Counted from the first letter of the stretch, positions 47,909 through 58,474 are shown. The stretch: DNA of 64,000 bases from an uncultured Candidatus Saccharibacteria bacterium (GCA_964534365.1 CAZHOI010000001.1:188171-252170), one strand, 5' to 3'. The notes: a model not told the origin generated them from the letters alone. Translations and numbers: made by a program.

Positions 47909-50002
47909 TTATTCTGCGTCGTCTGCGTCGTAATCTACGTCTTCATCTAGAACAATGTAGTCAAAGACTCCATCGTCAGAATCAGTACCTCGACTTGAGT
48001 TTGGAGTACCGTCGCCAGTTTCGCCTTCATTTTCAGAAGTGTACTGAATTGCTTCAATTCGCACGTCAGCATCGCCTTCATCATCGGCACCAGAGAATCG
48101 GAACTCTAGTTCGAACTCTTCGCTGTTACCAGCGTCAACTACGTAGAACTCTTCACCATCAATAGTAACGGTGTCAAGATCTGAGTCGTTTTCTACTTCA
48201 GCTGAAGTAAGAGTGGCTCCAGTAGCAAGAGTAATTTCGTACAAGAACCCGTCATCTGAGGTTTGAGGGCCACCATCAACGTAAGTTCCTGTTTGACTTA
48301 CAGTTAGGCTGGTTGGGATTAGAACATCCTCACCGTCTTCTGAAGCCATAACTTCAATAGTGAATTCTTCACGTGCGTCACCTTCGTTTGAGTCTTCTAG
48401 AGAAGCGTCAATTGCAAAGATAGATAGGGTGTGTTCTTCACCGTTTACAGTACCGGTATCAATATCGGCACCGTCAGGACCATCAGCGTCTAGATTAGTT
48501 AGATCGAATGAAACCATTTGACCATTTTCATAGTCTTCAGCAGCTTCGAATTCTACCCGTACTGACATTTGTACTTCTTCGTCTTCTAGATCGTATTCGT
48601 CATCGAATTCAAATCGTGCAGTGTACTCACGATCATCACCAGAAACAGTTGGGGTTGCTGAGACTAATTCATAGTCGTCATAAGTTTCCCCATCGATGTC
48701 AATTTCTAGATCAGAAACAACTTCGTCAAAAGTTACGTCAGCAGCATCTGCATCAAATAGAGTCACTACTACATCAATACCTTCTAGTTCGAACATGCCA
48801 TCTTCAGCTTCAACATCAGCAACAGTAACCATGTACCATTCTGATTCGTCGTCAGCATCAACAGCAATGGTTGATTCGTCTGGATTTTCTGAAGCTTCAG
48901 ACAAGTCAAGTTCAGCATCATCGCCTTCTTCAACTACTTCAAAGTCAGCAGTGTCAGAACCTGATGAGTATTGTTGAATTCCTTCTGAGTCTTCGCCGCG
49001 GACAGCACGATCTTCAACAGATAGTCTCCATTGTGCATCACCGTCTTCGGCACCATCAACATTGTTGTTGGCGGTAATCCAAATTTCGATTTCTACGTCT
49101 TCATCTTCACGAACCACGTAGTCTAGACCTGATACACGGAATTCACCGTCATCTTCATCTAGGTATTCGTCTTCGTCAGATAGATCAAAATCTTCTAATT
49201 CGTCACCGTCAACTGCTAAAGTCAAAGTGTCGAATACTTCCCATGGCTCATCTTCGGCGTCAGTGCTTGAAGTTGGGCCAACGTATTCTAGTGTGAAGTC
49301 GATTCGGTTAACTTCTACGTCACCGTCTTCGACATCGAATTCAAGAGTGGCAACATGTACCATCTCGCCTTCTTCTGCATCGTCTTCTTCATCTAGTTCA
49401 ACGTCGCCGATTTCAGCTTCGCCGCCTGATAGACGATCATCGTCATCATCCATGTCATCGTCATCATCCATGTCGTCATCGTCGTCTCCGCCGTTGTCAA
49501 CAGGAGGTTGAGGAGCAGGCATAGTCATGTCAGCACACATTTCGCGTACCGCATCACGTGAACCAGCGCCAAAATATCCAGTTCCAGATACAAGACCTAG
49601 AGGGGTAAGGATAGTAGCTGCATTAGCTTCTTGGAAGCGAGTTACTGCATTAGCAGTCAATGAACCATAGTACATTGTTTCCATGCCAGGTGATCCAGCG
49701 CCAGTTGCGGCAACTTGGAATCCAGCATCGTTTAGGAACTCTTGTAAATTCATTACATCAGCTCCTTGTGAACCTCGTGAAAGGTCACGTAGGTAGTCAA
49801 CGTCACAACCGCGATTCGATGAAGAAACAGTAGTTGTGGTAGTTGTTCCACCTAGTAGAGACATGAACAAGGCAACTTCTGTGTCTGATAGACCAGCAGC
49901 GCGTAGTTCAGCCTCTGAAATACTTTGAGCGTCAACCAAGCCAGGACTAAAGAATAGAACCATAGCTAGGGTTAACAACCCAGTAAATACTTTATTAAGC
50001 AT
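47909..50002 (-). CDS. probable S-layer/major surface protein with peptidoglycan-binding domain, extremely acidic
   Basis: Signal peptide; RDLSRGSQGADVMNLQEFLN...YYGSLTANAVTRFQ PG-binding domain; Asp/Glu-rich beta body; terminator at 47855-47888. Confidence 0.75.
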   Translation of the reverse strand: MLNKVFTGLLTLAMVLFFSPGLVDAQSISEAELRAAGLSDTEVALFMSLLGGTTTTTTVSSSNRGCDVDYLRDLSRGSQGADVMNLQEFLNDAGFQVAATGAGSPGMETMYYGSLTANAVTRFQEANAATILTPLGLVSGTGYFGAGSRDAVREMCADMTMPAPQPPVDNGGDDDDDMDDDDDMDDDDDRLSGGEAEIGDVELDEEDDAEEGEMVHVATLEFDVEDGDVEVNRIDFTLEYVGPTSSTDAEDEPWEVFDTLTLAVDGDELEDFDLSDEDEYLDEDDGEFRVSGLDYVVREDEDVEIEIWITANNNVDGAEDGDAQWRLSVEDRAVRGEDSEGIQQYSSGSDTADFEVVEEGDDAELDLSEASENPDESTIAVDADDESEWYMVTVADVEAEDGMFELEGIDVVVTLFDADAADVTFDEVVSDLEIDIDGETYDDYELVSATPTVSGDDREYTARFEFDDEYDLEDEEVQMSVRVEFEAAEDYENGQMVSFDLTNLDADGPDGADIDTGTVNGEEHTLSIFAIDASLEDSNEGDAREEFTIEVMASEDGEDVLIPTSLTVSQTGTYVDGGPQTSDDGFLYEITLATGATLTSAEVENDSDLDTVTIDGEEFYVVDAGNSEEFELEFRFSGADDEGDADVRIEAIQYTSENEGETGDGTPNSSRGTDSDDGVFDYIVLDEDVDYDADDAE

Positions 50003-50049
50003 TATTAATTGTTTTGTGTCTGACTATTAGCCAGAGCACATATTTATTG

Positions 50050-50760
50050 GTAATAGTAATTAGTTAACAGCATTAAAGGCACAAGCCCTTCTGAAACTAA
50101 TTACTGTTTAATCTTTTAATAAGATTTGGTAATTTGTCAGCACTTTCAGCCAACCTGTTTTTTTTGAAGTCAAGCTTCAAACGCAGTGGCTGGCACCTTT
50201 GGTGCCTGTCACTTTAGTGAAGAAGCCTGTCTTTTTCCAGCCGCGCGAGGCTAGAAAGATACGGGTCGTTAAGGTAACACCGACCATAGGTCAATGTCAC
50301 CGCACTCCCCCAATCTTAATAGGTTGGCGATTCGTCGGCCAAAATCTAGTTAAAGATTAAAGCCATGGAATGACAAACCGCCAAACCAAATAGTTTTTGA
50401 CGTTTTTTCGGTATTTTGTTAACTAGCCCTGCTCGCTAAAGTGGCAGGCACCCTAGGATTTATGAATAAATCCAGATGAGCCAGCCACTGCGCTCGCTAT
50501 ATAGCCAATTAAACCTTTGTCAAAGAGCTAACTGGTTTGGCGGCAGATTAATATCTGTAGCACCAACCAATTAAGGATTGGATCAATCTGATCCGGTTAG
50601 GGAGACCAATAGTTGATATTAGTCCCCCTATGCGATTCAGTTGTTTTCTTTAGTTATTTATCTTTAGTTATTTATTGGGCCTATTTTGCTGGGCCGATAC
50701 TAGTGGTGACGAGAATAGATAGATTTGATTACGTTGACAAAATTAATAATTCGTTATTTT
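50050..50760 (-). promoter_or_regulatory. long structured upstream region/5' UTR of surface protein gene
   Basis: At least 8 hairpins and two long-range helices; promoter-like TTGCCA-17-TATAGT at ~50762-50790. Confidence 0.55.
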
Positions 50761-51031
50761 AACTATATGATATTTTGTACAATTTGGCAAAGTTCAGGAC
50801 TTGATTAGATTAAATGCTTGATCCAATAATAGTCAGCCGAACTACCAATACCTATAGATTACCTTATCAACAGCCAAACATTAGTTAGCTGGTCTAACCC
50901 TGGGGATAATTGAGTTATTAATTCAAGGCTGATATCAAATAATAACTCAGTAATTAGGAAAAACTAGGAAATCAGGGCATTTTAGCAATATCAATAATCA
51001 AATATAGAGTTTTCTTAAAGGGATATTATTA

Positions 51032-51919
51032 TTATTGATTAAGCTCTTGATTAAGGGTTATTCCCTCCCCCAAAGTATAGCTGCTCCAGCGCCTTTTGCC
51101 ATGTTTTTCCAGTAGTCCGTCCTCGACCATACTTTTTAATTCTCGCTGCATGGTTTTCTGTGAACAGCCCTCGATTACTTCCTGGACATCATTTATAGTG
51201 ATTTCTTCATTATCACTAAACAAACCCAAGATTCCACGGCGTCTTTTGGAATGATTACTGCCGTGTCGTCGACGGGAACGTCCACTATTAGATTTAGGTC
51301 GATTCATATGATTGTCAGCACCGGCAACAGCTTTAGGGTCATTTATTTGACTCCCTACACTAGAAAATTTATGAATTTGATCGGTATTATTGCTAGTCGT
51401 TTGATCAGAATCAGGGATATTGCTTTCAAACCCTAGTTGCTTGGCAATTTGATCGGGGTGCTGGCGATTAGTGTCTTTAAAGAAATTAGATTCGAAAGTA
51501 TGGCCAGGCTTATCAGACATACTAGCTAATGTCTTTTTGAGTGTGGTCATTTCTGATTCGATGACCCCATAATTCATTTCCGACATTAACCCGGCTCTTA
51601 CCCCGATTTGCAAAATCGCTATTAATTCAGGAAATTGTCGGACAATAATCTGATTAAGGATATTCAATTTAGCTTGATCTTGAATCTGAACCCGATATAG
51701 CTCGTCAATTAAGTTGAGTGATTTTTCCCTGACTTTTTGACGAAACGGCTCGTTAATATCCAGGTAATTTGTTAATACGTACAATGCTTGGGCAATTTTT
51801 TTAATTTTACTGACTACAAAGGCTTGTTTTTGAGTATCATCTTTATCAGACATTATTAATCCTGCATCACTAGGATTACTATCATTTTTATTACTATTAG
51901 CCGAATTGCTATGTCCCAT
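51032..51919 (-). CDS. hypothetical protein with C-terminal DeoR-like winged HTH
   Basis: ITINDV..VIEGCSQKTMQRELKSMVEDGLLEKHGKRRWSSY. Confidence 0.75.
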   Translation of the reverse strand: MGHSNSANSNKNDSNPSDAGLIMSDKDDTQKQAFVVSKIKKIAQALYVLTNYLDINEPFRQKVREKSLNLIDELYRVQIQDQAKLNILNQIIVRQFPELIAILQIGVRAGLMSEMNYGVIESEMTTLKKTLASMSDKPGHTFESNFFKDTNRQHPDQIAKQLGFESNIPDSDQTTSNNTDQIHKFSSVGSQINDPKAVAGADNHMNRPKSNSGRSRRRHGSNHSKRRRGILGLFSDNEEITINDVQEVIEGCSQKTMQRELKSMVEDGLLEKHGKRRWSSYTLGEGITLNQELNQ

Positions 51920-52073
51920 GGCTGTACTATACGTTACTATCTGTAATTTATAAAAGACATAATAATTCCTCAAAGACATTTATAAGACAAGCTTGGTCTT
52001 TAGCCATATAAAATGAAGTTTTTAATTATTCCAACCCACTGCAATACTGATGGTATCATTGGAGTTAATTAAT

Positions 52074-54299
52074 ATGGCAAAATCAAAGCGTAAAAAGAAA
52101 AAAACCAAGAAAAAATCTGGATCTAGTTCTGCTACCAGACGATGGTTGTGGGTTATCGCGTTAATAGTCTTATTTGTATATTCTTTATTGATTTGGTCTG
52201 GGGGCGGTGGTTTAATCGGTGAGCCAATTTATCGGCTGCTTTATTATTTATTCGGCCAAGCATATTTTCTAGTACCACTATCACTGGCAGCTGGATCAGC
52301 ATCAATCATATATTCGCTCTCACACCAATTGGAGACTAGACGAATCATTGCCGGTTTATTATTTATAATTGCTTTATTGGTAGGAATTCAACTACTATTA
52401 GGGGCAGGATCAGGTGGTATTATCGGGGGGTATTTAGCAAACATTGGTATCACGTTGTTAGGTCCAATTGGAATAGCAATTATAACTATTGCTACTGCTG
52501 TCGGTAGTTTGATCGTGGTTTTATCACCTGATTATGACCCGCAAGATTTGGGCGAGCGCCTGCGCAAGGGTGTAAATATTGGATCGCTGTTTTCAAAAAC
52601 CCATTCTGCGGATGATGAATATCAGATTACCGGCGGCGAGCCAGATGATGACGGTGAAAATGTAATAATGGATTCTAGCACTGCCCAAACCCATTCCGTG
52701 GCCGAGGCAAAGCAGCCCACCGATCCAGCTCCAGCCAAGTTATCCATCAACAAAAACTCTAAATCAGATGATAATAATTCAGCTGAATTCGTCCTGCCTG
52801 GTAATGATCTGCTGCGTCGCCCATATACCCCGCCCCCGTTAAATTTATTGTCAGGTGATAAGGGCAAGGCCGGGGTTGGTGATATTAAAGCTAATGCCAA
52901 TGTTATTAAACGAACGTTTCAAAATTTTGGTATCAGAGTCGAGATGGACGAGGTTTCCATTGGACCAACTGTGACGCGATATGCTTTCAAGCCAGCCGAA
53001 GGAGTTCGATTGTCTAAAATATTATCATTACAGTCAAATCTAGAACTAGCCTTGGCGGCCCATCCGGTTCGAATCGAAGCCCCAATCCCTGGCAAAGCCT
53101 TGGTCGGTATCGAAGTTCCTAATTCAGCCAAAACCACCGTCGGCCTAGCTAGTTTGTTGCAATCCGGAGAATATCGCGAATCAGACAAACCGCTGGTTAT
53201 TGCCCTGGGTAAAGGTATTTCTGGATCAGCCTTCTTTACCGATATTGCCAAAGCCCCCCACATGTTAATTGCCGGCGCTACCGGGTCAGGTAAATCCGTT
53301 ACCCTTCACGTTTTAATCAACTCTTTATTGTTTAGAAATTCCCCCGAGGACTTGCGATTAATTATGGTTGATCCAAAAAGGGTCGAGTTGACCCTATACA
53401 ACGGTATCCCCCATCTGCTGAACCCGGTTATCACTAAACCGAAAAAAGCCGTCCAGGCGCTGAAATGGGCGGTTAAAGAGATGGAGAGGCGCTACGAAGT
53501 ATTACAAGAAGTTCGGGTGCAAAACATCGTTTCCTATCACCAGAATATTGTGGCTAAAGCTTATAAAAAGGCAGATGCTGACACTGATTCTGATGCCTTG
53601 CCAGAAAAAATGCCTTATATAGTGGTTATTTTGGACGAGGTTGGTGATTTAATGCAAGTTTACCCCAAAGAATTAGAGGCTGAAATCATTCGACTGGCGC
53701 AAATGTCCCGGGCTGTAGGTATTCATTTAGTACTGACAACACAACGACCCGATAAAAAGGTGATCACCGGTTTGATCAAAGCCAACGTCCCTACCAGGGT
53801 CGCATTGCAAGTCGCCTCCAATGTCGAATCGCGCATCATTTTAGATAGCAGCGGGGCCGAGGATTTATTAGGGGCGGGTGATATGTTGTTCCAGTCGGCC
53901 AAAATGTCCAAACCAGTGCGGGTGCAATCACCTTTTATTACCGAAGGCGAGATAAAATCAGTTATCAAATTTATTACTAAGCAATATGATGGCGAAGCGC
54001 CTGATGAAGTTGATATGTCCGAGGATAGTCAAACGACCGACTTGTTCTCGATCGATTTGGAATCAGCCGAATCAGAAGAAGAGGACGAGCTATATAGCGA
54101 AGCAGCCCTAACCGTTATCAAGGCCGGCAAAGCCTCGACTTCATATCTGCAGCGTCGACTACGCATTGGCTATTCGCGTGCTGCCCGGATTATGGATATG
54201 CTAGAAGAAAATGGTGTCATTAGTGCCCAAGATGGTTCCAAACCACGTGATGTATTAGTTGATGAAGACAGCTTTAACAATTCTGATAGTGATAACTAA
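52074..54299 (+). CDS. ftsK: DNA translocase FtsK
   Basis: N-terminal TMs, AGATGSGKS, MVDPKRVEL, gamma domain STSYLQRRLRIGYSRAAR. Confidence 0.96.
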   Translation: MAKSKRKKKKTKKKSGSSSATRRWLWVIALIVLFVYSLLIWSGGGGLIGEPIYRLLYYLFGQAYFLVPLSLAAGSASIIYSLSHQLETRRIIAGLLFIIALLVGIQLLLGAGSGGIIGGYLANIGITLLGPIGIAIITIATAVGSLIVVLSPDYDPQDLGERLRKGVNIGSLFSKTHSADDEYQITGGEPDDDGENVIMDSSTAQTHSVAEAKQPTDPAPAKLSINKNSKSDDNNSAEFVLPGNDLLRRPYTPPPLNLLSGDKGKAGVGDIKANANVIKRTFQNFGIRVEMDEVSIGPTVTRYAFKPAEGVRLSKILSLQSNLELALAAHPVRIEAPIPGKALVGIEVPNSAKTTVGLASLLQSGEYRESDKPLVIALGKGISGSAFFTDIAKAPHMLIAGATGSGKSVTLHVLINSLLFRNSPEDLRLIMVDPKRVELTLYNGIPHLLNPVITKPKKAVQALKWAVKEMERRYEVLQEVRVQNIVSYHQNIVAKAYKKADADTDSDALPEKMPYIVVILDEVGDLMQVYPKELEAEIIRLAQMSRAVGIHLVLTTQRPDKKVITGLIKANVPTRVALQVASNVESRIILDSSGAEDLLGAGDMLFQSAKMSKPVRVQSPFITEGEIKSVIKFITKQYDGEAPDEVDMSEDSQTTDLFSIDLESAESEEEDELYSEAALTVIKAGKASTSYLQRRLRIGYSRAARIMDMLEENGVISAQDGSKPRDVLVDEDSFNNSDSDN

Positions 54300-54307
54300 A
54301 ATCCTGC

Positions 54308-54808
54308 ATGACCCCGGCAATTAATCGATCCTTATCGCGATCACTTGACCGCCAGCGATTAGATCAATTTAGGCCTGGCCTCGCCAGGGTCATATTTGTA
54401 ATTTTAGCGCTAATAATTATTACTTTTGCTGGTTGGCAAATTTATAACGTATCAGTTGGACCAGAAATTGAATTGGGCAATCACCTTGAACTTTCGGGTT
54501 TTAACCAAACTGAAAATAATATCATTACCGTTTCTGGCGAAACTAAACGGGTAGCATTTTTCTATCTAGATGACATTGAACAGGCCATAAACGCTGATGG
54601 TAGCTTTGCGTATGATTTGTACATGCCTTATGGGACTAGTACAATAGAGGTCAGGATACAAGACCGCTACGGTCGAGAAAAAGCGCTTGATATACAAATT
54701 TATAATCCCAACCGAAACACTGACCTGAACAAGCGCGAATCAATTTCGGAAGATCTGCTGCAGCGGTCATCTACCCCAAACCCTGCCAGTCAAATTAATA
54801 ATGAATAA
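54308..54808 (+). CDS. hypothetical membrane-anchored Ig-like protein
   Basis: TM followed by a beta-rich segment. Confidence 0.6.
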   Translation: MTPAINRSLSRSLDRQRLDQFRPGLARVIFVILALIIITFAGWQIYNVSVGPEIELGNHLELSGFNQTENNIITVSGETKRVAFFYLDDIEQAINADGSFAYDLYMPYGTSTIEVRIQDRYGREKALDIQIYNPNRNTDLNKRESISEDLLQRSSTPNPASQINNE

Positions 54809-54816
54809 ACTTACTT

Positions 54817-55878
54817 ATGCCCAAAAAAAGCAACAAAAAATCTAGTAATAAAAAAACTGACAGTAAAGACCTAGACAAAACCTTGGCCGATATTCGCAAA
54901 AAATTTGGCGAGGAGTCTATTATGAAACTGGGCGAAGCTCCCAAGGTTGACGTCGAGGCAGTTTCGACTGGGTCACTGGGATTGGACGCGGCCCTGGGTA
55001 TAGGCGGACTACCAAAAGGTCGCATTGTCGAAATTTATGGCCCTGAATCATCGGGAAAAACCACTTTAACCCTGCATGTAATTGCCGAAGCACAGAAAGC
55101 CGGTGGTTTATGTGCTTTTGTGGATGCTGAACACGCTATGGATCCTGATTATGCGGCTAAACTGGGAGTGCAAACTGATCAGCTGTTGTTATCACAGCCA
55201 GATTCCGGCGAGCAAGCGCTAGAAATGGTAGAGGCGCTAGTTCGTACTGGCGATTTTTCGGTCATTGTAATTGACTCGGTAGCGGCCTTAACTCCCCGGG
55301 ATGAAATTGAGGGTGAGATGGGGGCTCATCAGGTTGGTAAACAAGCCAGATTAATGTCACAAGCCTTGCGTAAATTGACCGGGGTCGTAAGTAAATCGAA
55401 TACAATGGTGATATTTATTAATCAGATCAGAATGAAAATTGGGGTAATGTTTGGCTCGCCAGAAACTACGACCGGCGGTAGGGCCTTGAAATTTTATTCA
55501 TCAGTTAGGCTGGATATCCGTCGTATTGCCCAAATCAAAAAGGGTGACGAAGTTGTTGGGTCACGCACCAGGGTCAAGGTAGTTAAAAACAAGGTCGCTC
55601 CTCCATTTAGGCAAACTGAATTTGATATTATCTATAATGAAGGCATATCGCGCGAGGGCGAGATTATTGCTCTGGCTGAAAAATATGATTTGATTCAAAA
55701 AGCCGGCGCCTACTACAAGGATTTGGAAGGCAATACCTTGGCCCAGGGTTATGACAACACCCGTCGTTATTTGAAGGATAATCCAAAATTTACCAATAAC
55801 TTAATGAAGGAAATAAAAAAATCAATCAAAGATTCGGAAACCACCGAAGCCAATAAAGAGGCAGATAAAGACAAATAA
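54817..55878 (+). CDS. recA: recombinase RecA
   Basis: [28 protein letters not shown]. Confidence 0.99.
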   Translation: MPKKSNKKSSNKKTDSKDLDKTLADIRKKFGEESIMKLGEAPKVDVEAVSTGSLGLDAALGIGGLPKGRIVEIYGPESSGKTTLTLHVIAEAQKAGGLCAFVDAEHAMDPDYAAKLGVQTDQLLLSQPDSGEQALEMVEALVRTGDFSVIVIDSVAALTPRDEIEGEMGAHQVGKQARLMSQALRKLTGVVSKSNTMVIFINQIRMKIGVMFGSPETTTGGRALKFYSSVRLDIRRIAQIKKGDEVVGSRTRVKVVKNKVAPPFRQTEFDIIYNEGISREGEIIALAEKYDLIQKAGAYYKDLEGNTLAQGYDNTRRYLKDNPKFTNNLMKEIKKSIKDSETTEANKEADKDK

Positions 55879-55889
55879 GTATTAGCAGT

Positions 55890-56471
55890 ATGCTGGCCTA
55901 TAACGAAATCAAACCAAAAAACATAATTGTTTATAACGGTGAACCCCACCAAGTCCTGGAATCAGACATTGCCAAACGAACCAAACAAAAACCCGTTAAC
56001 CAAACAAAGCTAAAAAATTTAGCTACTGGATCAATCGTTCAAGTAGCTTTTCGACAATCGGATAAAGTCGAAGAAGCTGATATCACTAAACAAGAAATCG
56101 AATTTGCCTATCACAAACCGGGCAAGGACATTGACGAGTATTGGTTTATAGAGCCCGGCAATCCTAAAAATCGTTTTCAACTAGAGCCAAGACTGTTGGA
56201 TAATATTATGGATTTTATTGCCGAAGGCGAAGTCGTTGAGGCGCTATTATATGAAGCGCAAATAATTCAAATCGAGGCACCAATCAAAGTTTTTCGCACG
56301 GTCAAGTCTGCCCCACCTAATATTAAAGGCAATACCTCGGCGGGAGGAAACAAAGTGGTTGTATTGGATACTGGTTATCAATTAACCACTCCGTTATTTA
56401 TAGAAACTGGTGATACAATTGAAGTCAATACTCAAACTGGTGAATATGTAACGCGAATTAAAAAGGCGTAG
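55890..56471 (+). CDS. efp: elongation factor P
   Basis: KLKNLATG, PPNIKGNT, PLFIETGD, NTQTGEYV. Confidence 0.92.
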   Translation: MLAYNEIKPKNIIVYNGEPHQVLESDIAKRTKQKPVNQTKLKNLATGSIVQVAFRQSDKVEEADITKQEIEFAYHKPGKDIDEYWFIEPGNPKNRFQLEPRLLDNIMDFIAEGEVVEALLYEAQIIQIEAPIKVFRTVKSAPPNIKGNTSAGGNKVVVLDTGYQLTTPLFIETGDTIEVNTQTGEYVTRIKKA

Positions 56472-56473
56472 CT

Positions 56474-56902
56474 TTATCGCAATAGTGATTCGTCAACCTC
56501 GGTTATTTTTACACTGTCAACCACCGCCAGGTCGAGCAATTCAGCAACTGCGCCTACCATTGAAGCTATAAACGCTGCCACTGCAGCATATAATGCAATC
56601 TGAGACATCCGCAAGCTTTGTTCGGTACGTTGGTGGCTAAAATAAACCCCACGACCATAAAGTGATAGCATTCTGGTAGCTTCGATTGTAGTTTTGTTAT
56701 CATTATTTTTGACCCGGGGGAAATAATTTTTCAAAATATGTTCACGTAATAGCATTTCTGCCTCGTCATTATCTAAATCAAGGTCCAATCTCATCTGATC
56801 GATGCTAAATTTATTTTTTTCTTTGGCATATTTTAAACAGCGATAAAACATATCAGCTTCGAGGCTGACTAGTTTGATCGTTGGAAACAACCTAGTTAAC
56901 AC
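56474..56902 (-). CDS. hypothetical protein (start uncertain)
   Basis: 142 aa ORF with C-terminal TM. Confidence 0.5.
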   Translation of the reverse strand: MLTRLFPTIKLVSLEADMFYRCLKYAKEKNKFSIDQMRLDLDLDNDEAEMLLREHILKNYFPRVKNNDNKTTIEATRMLSLYGRGVYFSHQRTEQSLRMSQIALYAAVAAFIASMVGAVAELLDLAVVDSVKITEVDESLLR

Positions 56903-56947
56903 AATTTGATTATATCAAAAACCACCTGTGATTTTAGTGGCTGGTGA

Positions 56948-57154
56948 TTATTTGATCACGTATGGCATTAATGCCATGAATCGAGCGTGCTTTATTGCTT
57001 TGGTGAGCGAGCGTTGGTTATTTGCGTGTGTTCCGGTCACCTTGGCCGGCATTATTCGACCGGTCGCATTTACAAATTTTTTCAGTGTTGCGATATCTTT
57101 GTAATCAATGTGATTGATATTGTGTTTTTGGAAGTAGTCTTGTCCTTTTGCCAT
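56948..57154 (-). CDS. rpsR: 30S ribosomal protein S18
   Basis: [29 protein letters not shown]. Confidence 0.96.
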   Translation of the reverse strand: MAKGQDYFQKHNINHIDYKDIATLKKFVNATGRIMPAKVTGTHANNQRSLTKAIKHARFMALMPYVIK

Positions 57155-57163
57155 ATCTTTTTT

Positions 57164-57226
57164 CGTTAGATAATTTTAGAAAATTATCTGCCTCATGGCA
57201 TAGATTTTTTTACAAAATCTATTAGC
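57164..57226. repeat. dispersed palindromic repeat, copy 2
   Basis: Double hairpin matching 21301-21361. Confidence 0.65.
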
Positions 57227-57508
57227 AGTCATAATCTAAAATTTTTACTTTAATTAATATTATTTTGATTTTTATTTAGATGAAGTACGCGGCTCAAAAA
57301 AAATTAATTTGGAAGCGTATGCGCAATACGATTAAAAATTAATTATTATGCAGCAACAAAGTAATTCGCTAAATAAATTTTTAATAATTATTTTAGTAAA
57401 TTTAGACAATGAAATTCGAGGAAGTAGAGAATATTTTGGAGACATATATATAATACGTTGAGGAAATTATTAAACGCTACTGACCAAGAATTTCGAAGTA
57501 TCAATTTT

Positions 57509-57955
57509 CTAAAATGGGATGTCGTCGGGATTGATAGTAGACTCTGGATAATCAATCTCTTTAGATTTAGAATTTGATTTATTATCCGATCCCCCATCAT
57601 TTGATTTGCTGGAACTAGATGATCCACCCGAGCCCTTTGGTCCAAACTGAACCCGATCTGCTACCACTTCGGTTCGATAACGTTTTTGACCGTCTTGCTC
57701 CCATGACCTAGTTTGAATACGTCCTTCGATCAGGGCCATGGATCCTTTCTTCAAGTACTGCGCAGTAGTTTCAGCCTGTCGCCCAAATACCACAATGTTA
57801 TGGTAATCGGTTTGTTCTTGACGTTGTCCTTGACCATCAGTATAGGTTCGATTGGTAGCAATGGAAAACGAAGCCACTTTTACTCCTGAGGGTAATGATT
57901 TTAATTCGGGGTCTCGTGTTAGATTGCCGATTAATAATGCTTTGTTTAGATACAT
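57509..57955 (-). CDS. ssb: single-stranded DNA-binding protein
   Basis: NKALLIGNLTRDPE, EGRIQTRSW, C-terminal DDIPF. Confidence 0.98.
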   Translation of the reverse strand: MYLNKALLIGNLTRDPELKSLPSGVKVASFSIATNRTYTDGQGQRQEQTDYHNIVVFGRQAETTAQYLKKGSMALIEGRIQTRSWEQDGQKRYRTEVVADRVQFGPKGSGGSSSSSKSNDGGSDNKSNSKSKEIDYPESTINPDDIPF

Positions 57956-57972
57956 ATAATTATTGTATCAAA

Positions 57973-58455
57973 CTATTCTTCATTTTCTTCTGTTTTTTGC
58001 TCCGTTTTTGGTTCCGTATTATCCTCGCCTTCTGATTCTTCATCGTCTGATTCGTCTTCAAACTCTTCTTCATCAGGGTTATATTCGTCAGTCAAGGTTG
58101 TAACAAAATCCTCGCGAGTGGTTTTAATAATTAAAAACCTGATAATTGATTTGTTAGCCTTGATAGTTGATTCTAAGTCGCTAATTAATTCTGGATCTTG
58201 TTTGAATTTAATCCAATTGAAATAAGCATCTTTATAATCCCGGCGTTTACCTTCAGTTTTAACGGTGATCTCATAAGCCAGATTACGCAATCTGGGTTCA
58301 CCACTAGAAAGCACCGCGCCGGATCCCTGAGCGACCGTGTCGCCCAATGAAGTGAATAGTTTGTCCACTTTGTCTTCGGAAAGCTTGGGGTCGACCAGAG
58401 TTGCTAGTTCATAGACCACCAGCTTGGAATCCTGGTTTTGGTTATTTTCTGTCAT
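57973..58455 (-). CDS. rpsF: 30S ribosomal protein S6
   Basis: YELATL, RNLAYEI, IIRFLII; rpsF-ssb-rpsR order. Confidence 0.92.
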   Translation of the reverse strand: MTENNQNQDSKLVVYELATLVDPKLSEDKVDKLFTSLGDTVAQGSGAVLSSGEPRLRNLAYEITVKTEGKRRDYKDAYFNWIKFKQDPELISDLESTIKANKSIIRFLIIKTTREDFVTTLTDEYNPDEEEFEDESDDEESEGEDNTEPKTEQKTEENEE

Positions 58456-58474
58456 AACTCGCCGATTGTAACAT

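Noticed and set aside
49435-49490. Tandem repeat TCATCGTCATCATCCATG
   Set aside because: Encodes the DDDDDM linker of the surface protein; explained by coding.
57388-57645. 85-aa ORF overlapping the ssb 3' end
   Set aside because: Alternate frame of ssb running into an AT-rich palindromic spacer; no recognisable features.
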